This document shows positions 24,970 to 35,799 of a stretch of 64,000 bases of DNA, one piece after another; position 1 is the stretch's first letter; the number at the start of each line of letters is the position of its first letter. The notes beneath the pieces were generated by a model. It was not told the origin of the DNA. It ran no database searches and worked only from the letters and a program-made list of their open reading frames with translations. Location: assembly GCF_016433145.1 (NCBI RefSeq), contig NC_058133.1, forward strand, positions 172,480,514-172,544,513. The letters are read 5' to 3'. A program made the translations under genes and the position numbers. The DNA comes from Gracilinanus agilis. Taxonomy: Eukaryota.

Positions 24970-25800
24970 CCGTAGTGGTTTCTTTGTCTTGGGCAGGCTC
25001 AACTTTTGTATGTCTGCAACTCTTCTTTGGGATATGCTTCTGGTACCATTCTCTAGTATGAATCCCAAATACTCAACCCTGGTCTTAACCCACTGTACTT
25101 TATTTCTTGCAATTTTATGCCTTCTCTTACACAGCTCTTCTGACAAGTGAATGCTGTCCCTTTGGCAAATATCTCCCATTGGTGACAGTAGTATGTCATC
25201 TACATAATGTACCATCTTGCTGTCAGTGAAAGAAATGAATTCTAAGTCCTTTTGCAAGATTTGGCAAAATATGTTGGCACTATTGACATACCCTTGTGGC
25301 AAACGACTCCATAACAGGCTCTTTCTTTCCTATGTGAAAGCAAAAAGCTTCTGGCTGTCTTTGTACACAGGCACTGAGAAGTAGGCTGAACTGAGATCTA
25401 AAATGGTGTACCACCTAGCTGAAGCTGGAATTTCAACTATGATTTCAGATGGACAAGGTACAACTGCATGAGTCTTTTCCACATAGTTGTTGATAGCCCT
25501 CAGGTCTTGAACCATTATCCACTGGGTGTTTCCTTCAGCATCTAGCTTTGCCTTTTTTATTGGCATAATGGGAGTATTGAATTCTGAAAAGCCATGGACT
25601 AGTATTCCTTGTTCTAGGAGACTCTGGATTATTGGTCTGATACCGGCCACTGCCTCTTTGCTAAGCTTGAATTGAGGTATCCTAGGTGGTACTCCTCCTT
25701 TCACTCTGATCTTTACAGGTTTAGCTGATAGGATTCTTCCTACATCTGGTAGGAAGATTTGGTAGCCCAGATGTCTTTAGGGATTGTATCAGGAATCTTG
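24970..25800 (-). pseudogene. ERV reverse transcriptase, 5' part
   Basis: PQFKLSKEA, NTPIMPIKK, VQDLRAIN, LDLSSAYF, LPQGYVNS, YVDDILL, PKTKKPLR. Confidence 0.93.
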
Positions 25801-25899
25801 TAGATGTTATCTTATTCTATTGTTAGTGCATCAGATTCCCTTTCCAATCTGTCCAAACAGAGGATTGGATGGTGTTTTAATGACTGCTTGGAAAAATGC

Positions 25900-26232
25900 A
25901 AATAGATTTCACCATTTGATTCACAATAAATGGTTGCAGTTAATTTGCATAGGATGTCCCTCCCTATTAGATTGTTTGGACATGATGGAAGCAAGAGGAA
26001 TGAGTGATCAAACTGGATGGGTCCCAATTTCACCATTTTGGGTTTAAATTTTGGTGCTTAATTGTGAGATTCTAGCAGCTCCTCTCACTTGTACATTCCC
26101 TTGCGTTTCACAATCCCTTGGCAAATGTTGGCGTATGCTGCACTCTGCCCCCATGTCTACCAAACCCTGAATTATTTTCCCATTAATTTCAATATAAATT
26201 ATTGGTTTACTAATGGTATTATTTTTGTGCAA
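25900..26232 (-). pseudogene. ERV aspartic protease remnant
   Basis: IYIEINGKIIQGLVDMGAECS (DTG-like) and CPNNLIGRDILCKL motifs; frameshifted. Confidence 0.88.
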
Positions 26233-27483
26233 AGGAAAGCAACTGGTTTAGTTGTCTTTGTGGCTTAAGATCAGTGTTATCAGATTCCAATGTCAGTATA
26301 TTAGACGGTTTACAGTAATACAATATGTCTGCCTCCATGAACAGATCACTTGAACATTCTGACCCTGTCTCTTCCCCCAGCTCATTTGTCTCCCTAGCAA
26401 CTGTGCCTGGCTTAGAATTTTCAGGGACTGCTCTGCTTGGGCAAAATGGCTGACTTGAAAAGTCAGTTACAACCTGATCTTTTATTTTCAAAGCTAGAGG
26501 TTTATAAGAGTTCCCTGTTACAGCTTCAGGGTGAGAGTTTGATGTGCTATCTTTTCATTTCACTATGCCAGGGTATCTCTCCTCTAACTTTGGGTTTATT
26601 TGATGGTAAACTTTGTCCCAAGTGAACTTAGTTTTCTCCCTTGGTCCCTCAGAATTCTCAAGCAAGCTAGTGGGATCTGATGTTAGAGCATTTACGTTTG
26701 GAAACTGTTTGGCTTCATTATGATTTTCAGGTTGAAATTTCCTAGCCTCAGGATTAAGAATTGATCTTTTGTTACAGTTACTGGCTGGGGTGGGTAAAAA
26801 GTCTGCCATTTTTGGCTACATTGTACTTTGAGTGGAGTGAATTGAAAAAATGTTTCTTTTCCCTCTTTTATAGAACACTGCCCCCTGGACTGGGATATAT
26901 ATGACTTTTCTCTTTTGCCAATATGTTCCCCTCTTTGTTTTTCTTTATTCGGTATGGGCTTTTGACTCCTATATGATATAAAGTCTTTTTCCCAACACAG
27001 GTATTTCTATTTGGCAGGCTGGTTTTAAGCTTTCCTTGCTTCTGACCAGACCCTCCGTGTCTTTGTCTTCTCACATCCCCATCTTATAATGAAGCATGTG
27101 CTGATTCAGTGTTCCCTACAAGAGTGTGTCCATCCCCAACATCTTCATTTGAGCTATTTCTTTGTACATTTCTAATTCCTCAGCAGTCTTTTGTCTGTTT
27201 ATGTTTTCAAATACTATGTATTGATTATCATTATTGGTACCTAACCATAGTACTTCAGCCTAATTCTCTGTTTTGCCTCTATCTTCATTGAGCTCAGTGC
27301 TTTCTCTCTTTATAGCACCCATCTGTGAATTGGATAAATTAGTGTCCTGGCTTCATTGGTGTCTCTGTCTCTCTCCCATCTTGAGGTACCTTTGCATATC
27401 CTCAAGTGAGGGAGTTTTTGAATTTTCTTTGCAATCATGTTTACAACATTGATGTTCTTTGTCGTCTTCTTTTTTGTTGTGAC

Positions 27484-28807
27484 TTATTTTCCCATTGCCT
27501 TGCTGTTTGTAAATTCAATTTGCTTCTTAAATTTATATTGCCGGGTCAGATGACCTGGCATAGGTAGCACTGTGGTACCTTGCTATAGGTTTTCTTAGGC
27601 CTGGAATAGGACTCTGTCTGCTTGTAGGTTTGACTTCTTGCTGTCTTCAAAGCTAAATTTTTAATCTCTCTTTCTTTGTCCTTTTTCATCTCTTTCAACT
27701 GCCTTTGCCAACTGCCTTTTCAGCTCAGCTATTAAGCTGTCCTCTGAATCTGACTCAGTTCTTGCTTTTAGTTCTTTGTTCTTAGAGTCATGTGTGTATA
27801 TATATGTTGCATGCTGCCTTAGTTCTTCCACTATTAGGGTTTCCCACTAAGGACAGCTCTGTTTAAAGTAGATTTGAATGGGTAAGGTGATCCCTTTTAT
27901 GAACTGCTTCCTTATGTGTGGTAGGGATTCTGCAGCCTGATCTTTGTGGAAACTCCAAAAATTCTCCACTCTCAATAAGCCTGTCCAGAAAAAGACTGGG
28001 GTGTTTGTCCTTGGCCTGCCTCAGTTTCTTATACTTATTCCATGCATTGGGTTATTTTGCATGGATTTTGAGTACTTCTAGGAGGTCTGTTCTACACCGA
28101 AGCAGGTATCTCATGTTGGTTTAAGAGGAAATATCGAGGTCTTGGTGATTTAATGGCCAGGAAGTGAGATTCTCATTGCTTCTAGTTTCTTCTAGGAATC
28201 TAGCTTTCTCAGAGGGGGTATAAAATTCATCCAGAAGAAATTCAACGTCACTAAAACTGGGGTTAAACAAATCAAAGGTCCTTTTTAATTCTTTTGCAGA
28301 CTTGTATGGGGACAGGAAGTATTTGGGGAATCTTCTCCTAAGGACTTCCAGGTCCTGGGCCATGGAAAGCTTTGTAAGTTTTCATCCATACCAATTCTCC
28401 ATCTGGTCTAAACTGAGCCTGATTGATAATGGGGTATAAAGATACTGTGTTAGGACCTACTGCTCCTGTCTCAGTCTGATTGCTGGCCTGTTTGTCATTG
28501 TTGGGTTGGGTAGGATTTCCTGTAGTCGAAGGCTTAGCTGCACTTGTGGCAATTGGGCTGTGTGTGCCTTTTCTATTGTCTCAAGCTGTAATATTGTATG
28601 GGAGTCTAAAGTTTGTCCCTCTCTTATTTTCCTATTGATCTCAATCATTTGTTTCATTTGCTCCTTCATAACCTACAGCAGCTCCTCATTTGTGTTCTTT
28701 CTAGTCCCCCATAACAGTTCTGTTGCCTTTTTGAGACCCCAAATTCCCTGAATCATTGTGATTATCATAGCCAATATTGTAGGCAGGTATGATATTAATT
28801 CTGCCAT
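27484..28807 (-). pseudogene. ERV gag (hydrophobic N-terminus, capsid, broken CCHC knuckle)
   Basis: ATG at 28807 in ACCATGG context; same frame through 28669 and 28363 ORFs; WNKYKKLRQAKDKHPSLFLDRL MHR-like; CYLC and GHLTRQY separated by a frameshift; TAA at 27486-27484. Confidence 0.8.
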
Positions 28808-28990
28808 GGTCAAAGCTAAATATTTATATAGGAATCATATATTGTCAGGAGTTTCGGGCAGTATTCAGGAATTATGTAGAACCAAAGGTTGAAAATTCCC
28901 TGCATTGCTGAATAGATAAACAGGGATAAAGTGGTAAAGATAAAGGTGACTCTTGCTATCCTCATGGTTCCTATACCCTCAGGTATCAGT

Positions 28991-29008
28991 TCCCTTATGG
29001 CTCAGCCA
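28991..29008 (-). other. Primer-binding-site-like sequence TGGCTGAGCCATAAGGGA
   Basis: TGG start 5 nt after LTR-terminal CA; partial resemblance to tRNA-Arg PBS (TGGCGAGCCAG...). Confidence 0.5.
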
Positions 29009-29013
29009 AAAAC

Positions 29014-29856
29014 TGTTAAAAAAAGGGTGGTGAAGAAACACAGATCTTTGTTGTATTGATAATAGAAGGGCTATGCCTCTCCCAGACTGACAGGCTCTAC
29101 TGGACTGAGTCTGCCTGGCTGTCTCCTTTTAATAGTTGCCCAAGCAAGTAACCAATGAGGAGTTGTGTGTGTTATCAACTTCTCTAGTTCCTTAGCCTGG
29201 GGTTGGTTTGGTTATTGATGTGGGCTAATACTAGTATGCTGGTTGGATAATGCTATGAATCTGTGTGAATAAATTTCCCTTCCTAATGGCTTTAGATGTT
29301 TTACCAATCAGGAAGGCACTCCAAACATTGACTTGAACTTAAACAACAGTATTTAATTCTTGCTCAACAAGGGGTTAGGAACAAGGGAAAGGGAAGAAGT
29401 TTGGGGGATGCTTTTGCTAACTAATTCAAGGAGATGATCAGAAACTATGGACGTTGTTGGATCAAATATAGGCTGGAGATTCTTCACCCTCTCGCTAACT
29501 CTGGCTTGACTTGACCGGAGCTAAGCCAAAGAATAGGGAAGGCTATTGATGTTTCCTTGATGTCAATATTACTGCTCTCTCACAGCTCTATTGTTTGTAG
29601 GTATGATACTTTCCTAAAGCTCTCAACAAGGATGCTAGATTGCAGGTATGGGCCTACCCATACTCCCAGATCCACCCTCCACCCAGCAATACTCAAAATT
29701 GAGTTCCTTTTGTGCTGTGCATCATGGGTATTTATAGGGGTGGGTCCAGCTGCCTTTTAGCCCTGGCTCAGGCCACCTGGGTACATTCCCAGGTCTCAGC
29801 CTACAATACTGTCACTCAAGGTGTCCTCTATCTTGTCCCAGAAGTTCCTTATTATA
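29014..29856 (-). repeat. 5' LTR region of the ERV (possibly composite of two LTRs)
   Basis: Ends ...TTAACA immediately before a TGG-starting PBS-like site; TATAAATA at ~29729-29736 and TATTAAAA at ~29126-29134 on - strand. Confidence 0.6.
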
Positions 29857-31794
29857 GCAAGTATCTGCAGTGGGGATAAGTTAGAAGCCTTCCCAATAAG
29901 ATCAGGAGTGAAGCAAGGATGCCCATTATCGCCACTATTATTTAATGTTGTGCTAGAAATGGTAACTTTAATAATTAGAGAAGAAACTGAAGGAATTAAA
30001 ATAGGCAATAAGGAAACTAGACTATCACTCTTTACAGATGATATGATGGTATAATTAGAAAATCAACTAAAAACTATTTAAAATAATAACTTTAGCAAAG
30101 TTGCAGGATACAAAATAAACCCACATAAATCATCAGCATTTCTACATATTTCCAACAAAGTCCAGGAGCAAATCATTCTAGACAATATAATATACTTGGA
30201 GATCTATTTGAAAATACAAACGCAGGAATTATATGAACACAGTTACAAAACACTTCACACAAATAAAGTTAAGTCTAAACAATTGGAAAAACATTAATTG
30301 CTCATGGGCAGGCTGAGATAATAGAATAAAAATGACAATCCTACCTAAATTAATTTACTTGTTCAGTGCCATACCAATCAAACTTCCAAAAAGCTTTTAT
30401 AGAATTAGAAGAAATAATAACAAAATTCATCTGGAAGAACAAAAAATCAAGAATATCAAAGGAACAAATGAAAAAAAATGTGAAGAATGGTGGCCTAATA
30501 GTACCAGATATTAAGTTGTATTATAAAGCAGTGATCATCAAAACAATCTGGTACTGGCTAAGAAATATAAGGGTAGATCAGTGGAACAGAATAGGAATAA
30601 ATGGCCTCAGCAATCTAGCGTTTGATAAACCAAAAGATCCCAGCTTTGGGGATAAGAACTTACTATTTGACAAACTGTTGGGAAAATTGGAAAACAGTAT
30701 GGTAAAAATTAGGTTTGGATCAATATATCTCACACCCTATTCCAAGATAAGATCAAAATGCATGTATGATTTAAATATAAAGAGTGATATAAGTAAATTA
30801 GAACATAGGTAGATTTTATGACCAAACAAGAGATAGAAAATATTACAAGATATAAAATGAATAATTTTGATTATATTAAATTAAAAAATGTTTTGGACTA
30901 ACAAAACAAATGCGATCACCCTAGAGCAAATATCAATAATATGGAAATAGATCTTGATCAATGACACATGTAAAACTCAGTGGAATTGCACATTGGCCGT
31001 GGGAGGGGCCTGGGAGGAGGGGAGGGGAAGAACATGAATCATGTAAATATGGAAAATTTTTCTTAATTAAAAAAATGCAACCAAGATTAGAAGGGGAACA
31101 ACAAAGTGGGGAAAAAATTTTATGACAGCTTTCTTTGATAAAGGTCTCATTTCTCAGATATATAAAGTACAAAGTCAAATTTATAAGAATATAAGTTACA
31201 CTCCAATTGATAAATGGTCAAAGGATATGAAGAGGTAGTTTTCAGATGAAGAAGTCAAATATCAATAATCATATGAAAAAATGTTCTAAATCCCTCTTGA
31301 TTAGAGAAATGCAAATTATAAGAACTCTGAAGGACCACCTTATACCTATCAGATTGGCAAATATGACAGTAAAGGAAAATAATAAATGTTGGAGGGGATG
31401 TGGCAAAATTGGGACACTAATACATTGCTGGTAGAGTTGTGAATTGATCCAACCATTCTGGAGGGCAATTTGGAATTATGCCCAAAGGACTATAAAACTA
31501 GGTCAATGTGCTAGAGATTTTTTTAAATGGGAAAGGACCTGTTTGTACAAAAATATTTATAGCTGCTCTTTTTGTGGTGGCCAAGAATTGGAAACTAAAG
31601 CAATGCCCCTCAATTGGGGAATGGATGAACAAACTGGGGTATATGATGCTGATGGAATACTCTTGTGCTATAAGGAATGATGAACAGGATGATTTCAGAG
31701 CAGGAAAGACCTACATGAAGTGATGCAGAGTGAGATAAGAATCAAGAGAACATTATACACAATAATTGAAACATTATGGAACAATCAACTGTGA
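29857..31794 (+). pseudogene. L1 ORF2 3' part (RT and C-terminal domain)
   Basis: [60 protein letters not shown]. Confidence 0.92.
30914..31072 (+). mobile_element. 5'-truncated L1 3'-UTR insertion inside L1 ORF2
   Basis: G-rich 3' UTR tract, A-tail, aaatgc duplication at both ends. Confidence 0.75.
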
Positions 31795-31871
31795 TAGATT
31801 TGCTATCAACAGTAATACAGTGATCCAGGACAATTCTGAGGGACTTATGAAAAAGAATGCTATCCACCTTC

Positions 31872-32107
31872 AATTTTTCTAACATTTCATTCACTTCCCT
31901 TCTTTATTATTTATTTTTTGGTTCAATTTGTCTAGTTCTAATAGAGGAAGATTAAGGTACCACTCTAGTATTGTTTTACTATCTATTTCCTCCTTAAGCT
32001 CCTTTAGTTTCTTCTTTAGAAATCTGGATGCTATACCATTTGGTGCATATATGTTGAGTATTGATATTTCTTCATTATTTATACTCTTTCATCAAGATTT
32101 ACATTAC
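31872..32107 (-). mobile_element. Inverted internal L1 endonuclease fragment inside L1 3' UTR
   Basis: Reverse complement encodes ISILNIYAPNGIASRFLKKKLKEL; flanked by CCACCT duplication. Confidence 0.75.
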
Positions 32108-32794
32108 CCACCTCCAGAGAAAGAACTGTTGGAGTATAGAAATGCAGATGAAAATATATGATTTATCACTTGTTCATTTGGGTATATGTTTTGGATTTTT
32201 GGTTTTGTAAGATTATCCATTTACAAAAATGAATAATATGGAAATATATTTTGAGTAGTAATACATGTACAACCTAGATTGAATTACTTGTTAGCTCCAG
32301 GAGGGAGGAGGAAAGGAGGGAGGAAGACAATCTGGATCATATAACTTTTGAAAACTTATGTGGAAATTCCTTATTAAAATTAAGATAATTTTTAAAAAGC
32401 AAAGTGAGAGAGAGGGCCCTGGGTAATATCCATATCATGCATTCAGCAGGAGAACAAAGAGAATATGGATCCTGAAGCTAAGGGAAAAGAAAGCATCTAG
32501 AAGGGAGAAAAGAAGGAGGTCCTTTGTATCAAAAGCTTGCAGAGAAGGCAGAGAGGATGAGGACTGAAAAAAAGGCTAAGAGATTTGGGAATTAGGAGTC
32601 CTAAATGACCTTTGAGAAAGGATTCTAATAGCCTGGTGGGAGTACCAAAGCCATATCACAGGAAGCATGGAGGCGACCCTGGGCCTTTTAAGAAAATGGA
32701 AACATTGGGTCCAGATAAAAAAGTTTGGCAGTAAAAAGGGGGAGAAGTGGGGAGAAATGGAACTGTAGCTGCTAGAATGGTCAAGGGCACTTTT

Positions 32795-33335
32795 TTTTTT
32801 TTATTAATTAAGAATATTTTTCCATGGTTACATAATTCATGTTCATTCCCTCCTCTCTTCCCCCACTGGGTTTTACATGTATCATTGTTCATTTAAAGTC
32901 AAAACCCCCAATCATATCCCCATCAACCCATGTGTTCAAGCAGTTGTTTTACCTTCTGCATTTCTGCTCCCCCGGTTCTTTCTCTGGATGTGGGTAGCAT
33001 TCTTTCTCATAAGTCCCTCAGAATTGTCCTGATCATTGCATTGTTGCTAGTACAGAAGTCCATTACATTCGATTATGCCACAATGTATCCATCTCTGTGT
33101 ACAATGTTCTCCTGGTTCTGCTCCTTTTCACTCTGCATCAGTTCCTGGAGATCTTTCCAGTTCACATGGAATTCCTCCAGTTCATTATTCCTTTGAGCAC
33201 AATAGTATTCCATCACCATCAGATACCACAATTTATTCAACCATTCCCCAACTGAGAGACACCCCCTCGTTTTCCAATTTTTTGCTACTACAAAGAGCAC
33301 AACTATAATATTTTTATACAAGTATTTTTCCCTAT
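32795..33335 (-). mobile_element. L1 3' end fragment
   Basis: Antisense ORF (LFVVAKNWKTRGCLSVGEWLNKLWY), poly-T tail; similar to 4110-4690. Confidence 0.88.
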
Positions 33336-33670
33336 TGAAGGACAAGGTGTTTTTTTTTTTTTTTTAAGATTGAGGAGACCCTTTGTGTTTAGAGACAGAT
33401 AGGAAGAAACTAGTGGGAGAAAAAAGAGACAGACTGTATTTGGAAGAGGGGAGGGGATTACCCTCAGATTATTTATAAAGCTATTGCATACCGTATCAAG
33501 AATAGGAATGGAACAGAAGTTCTCTTGGTGTGCTATTGGGAGCTCCTCTGGGGCTTTCTCTTCTGTTGTCTCATACAGCAGGTGGAAGATAGTGTTCAGC
33601 CTCCTGTCTCCACCATGTCTATTGGGGTTATCTTTCTAAGCATTTCATCGGATCATTTCTGGTTCCCCAG

Positions 33671-33767
33671 ATTGCCAAAGGAGCCAGTTCAAGTGAGAGG
33701 CTAGAGTGGCACCTGCCTGAGGGAGCAGCTTTCTACTGGCTCCCCAATTCTGAGAGGACCTTGGAAG
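33671..33767 (+). CDS. MYO19: MYO19 exon (IAKGASSSERLEWHLPEGAAFYWLPNSERTLE)
   Basis: ccccag| and |gtaggg; 97 nt; continues the frame across the 22.5-kb intron. Confidence 0.95.
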
Positions 33768-33988
33768 GTAGGGAGAGCTCTGGGCTTCTGCTTCCTTGGG
33801 CTGGCAACAAGCATGTGAAATGAGCCCCATACCCCAAAGCTCCAGAGGGCAATTTATCTCCTACTCTTTGCTTTTCAGGCCTCAGACCTACCTCCTCAAG
33901 TCTGAGACCCAGGAGTCCCAGAGGCATCAGACTCTTCTGGGATACTGAGGTGGCTGTCTGTGACTTGGGTGTTTTGTTTTGTTTCCAG

Positions 33989-34065
33989 AGGATTGCTTTG
34001 AAGTGACCAGAGATGCCATGCTCCACCTGGGCATTGATCACTCCATTCAAAACAACATCTTTAAG
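33989..34065 (+). CDS. MYO19: MYO19 exon (EDCFEVTRDAMLHLGIDHSIQNNIFK)
   Basis: tttccag| and |gtcagg; 77 nt. Confidence 0.96.
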
Positions 34066-34975
34066 GTCAGGAGAGAAAAATGAGTCATGTCATTGGGGAA
34101 GGGGATCAGCCATCGCCTGGGCCAGGAGATTCTACAACTGGCAACACCTCCTTTCTTGATGCAGTGACTAGGCCTTATCTCCTCCAGAGGTGGCAAGATC
34201 AACCAGTGAGCTGGGGTGACTGAGCTCCGGGGAGCTGCTCTGGGTGCACCAGGGGCTACAATGAGGCCTAGAGCCTTGGGGCCGGCCCTTGAAGATGTCG
34301 CTCAGGAAGCCCCAGGCTTTTCAGTCAACCAGGAAAGACCAGGCCTGAGCACTATGAGGAAAGAATAGTTGAGAAATTGCTGAAGTGAACAGATGTGTGA
34401 TTGGGAAGCAGCAGTCCAGGGCCGGGCAGGAATCTGCTTACTGTGGGCCCAGGACAAAAAGGCTGGCACAGGGAAGAGCAGGTCGGGGCAGTTTCAGTGC
34501 TGTAGTGATCAGGGCCTGGCACTTGGCCTTGGTCAGAGAAGCTGTGCCCTCTGAATTGTTTTGAATGCTGCCCGCTGGGTGTGGATGGCCCTTGGAGAGC
34601 TTCATCAAGGAAGGAAGGTCCGTGCCCCTGGGAATAGCTAGGTGGGGCCTGGGCACTCTGACACCAGGGATCTAGGGGGCTTCTTATAGGTGTCACCCAG
34701 GCCTGCAGGGCCATCACACTTAGCTGGCTGAGGAGAGCAGGAAGAGAAGAAAGTATCTCTCCAGAGGCAGGGATTCCCCTTAGCTCTGCAACTACAGAAA
34801 TGAGGCACAGAAAAGAATGACTGCTGAGGATGAAGCTCCTTCCTTCCCCTCCTCCAAGCCTATTGCCCTACCACCAAGGGGTGAAAGTGGGGAGTGGTCA
34901 CCCAAAAAGCCTTTGGAAGTGGGTGCCTCCTCTCAGGTCCAGGCCTCTGAGTGCACTGTCCCGCTGTTCCTACAG

Positions 34976-35066
34976 GTCTTGGCAGGCTTGCTGCATCTTG
35001 GCAATGTCCGCTTTGCTGACTCGGAGGATGAATCCCAGGTTTGCCAGCCACAGGAAGATGCTAAAT
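34976..35066 (+). CDS. MYO19: MYO19 exon (VLAGLLHLGNVRFADSEDESQVCQPQEDAK)
   Basis: ctacag| and |gtaaga; 91 nt; LAGLLHLGN motif. Confidence 0.96.
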
Positions 35067-35470
35067 GTAAGAGGGAAGGAGCTCACCACCCCTGCCTGGG
35101 AACCCTGAGGACCCAGGGGGGCTCCCAGGAACCAGGTTACAGGCTGATAAGAGGGCAGGCTGGCGCCCCGCAGGCTGGGGAAGGAGACTTGTGTCCGGGG
35201 AAGAGCCTGAATCTGGGACAAGGGGGGTGGGGAGAGCCTGGCGAAGATGCCGAAAGCACCCTCTCTGGCCCTTTGTGGTGCCGCGGCCGGCAGCAGCCTA
35301 GTGATGTGGGGCAGCCAGAGCGGGCCTTCTGTCCAGGGCCAGGCCGCAGGCGTGTCTGAGCTCCTTCCCCCAATTCCTCCAGGACCCGCACGGCCGGCAG
35401 GGGCCCAGGGGCTTTGCCGCCTCACTGGCCCGCCACCGGCATGTAACTGTCGCTGTGGTCCCCACGCCAG

Positions 35471-35642
35471 GTTGTGTAGCGACGGTAGCCTCTCTGCTCC
35501 AGATCCCCTGTGAGGAGCTGCTGGACACGCTCCAGGTCCGGAGGATCAGCGCCGGGAAGCAGCAGCAGGTCTTCAGGAAGCCATGCTCCCGGGCCGAATG
35601 TGAGACCAGGAGAGACTGTCTGGCCAAAGCCATCTACGGCCG
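35471..35642 (+). CDS. MYO19: MYO19 exon (CVATVASLLQIPCEELLDTLQVRRISAGKQQQVFRKPCSRAECETRRDCLAKAIYGR)
   Basis: cgccag| and |gtgagt; 172 nt; RDCLAK.IY.RLF motif. Confidence 0.95.
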
Positions 35643-35725
35643 GTGAGTGAGCCCAGCTGCTCTGTGGGGGTCTCCGCAGGGGGCCCCGGGCCCCAGGGCT
35701 CACCACCCTCCCTGACCCTCCACAG

Positions 35726-35799
35726 GTTGTTCGAATGGTTAGTGTTTGTCATCAATGGGAGCATCTGTGCAGAGCCCTCCTCTTGGAGCACCTTCATCG
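35726..35799 (+). CDS. MYO19: MYO19 exon (LFEWLVFVINGSICAEPSSWSTFI)
   Basis: ccacag| and |gtacgt; 74 nt. Confidence 0.95.

Larger units (their letters stand above)
19768..29856 (-). mobile_element. Class I-type (gamma/epsilon-like) endogenous retrovirus; 5' LTR, gag, extra frame, pro, pol; 3' LTR missing
   Basis: RT VQDLRAIN, LPQGY, HYVDDILL; RNase H FCDGSS, YTDSKYAFG; tether NINPATLIP; IN HHCC and core; Gag CA-like and CCHC remnants; interrupts L1 ORF2. Confidence 0.9.
15797..32397 (+). mobile_element. Originally full-length marsupial LINE-1 (5'UTR, ORF1, ORF2, 3'UTR), decayed and interrupted by later insertions
   Basis: GGAGCCAAGATGG 5' motif at 15801; ORF1 ~16335-17553; ORF2 ~18099-19767 and ~29857-31794 ([29 protein letters not shown]); TSD agcaaaatgag (15786-15796) / agcaaagtgag (32398-32408). 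Confidence 0.9.

Noticed and set aside
26219-26250. Second programmed frameshift at the extra-frame/protease junction
   Set aside because: Required shift is +1 with no slippery motif; better explained by a one-base decay indel like others in pro/pol.
24610-28898. Shared ~19-nt motif (aacca..aggttgaaaattc) between the nested element leader and the outer ERV leader, in opposite orientation
   Set aside because: A match of this length is expected by chance in 64 kb and the orientation is inconsistent with homology.
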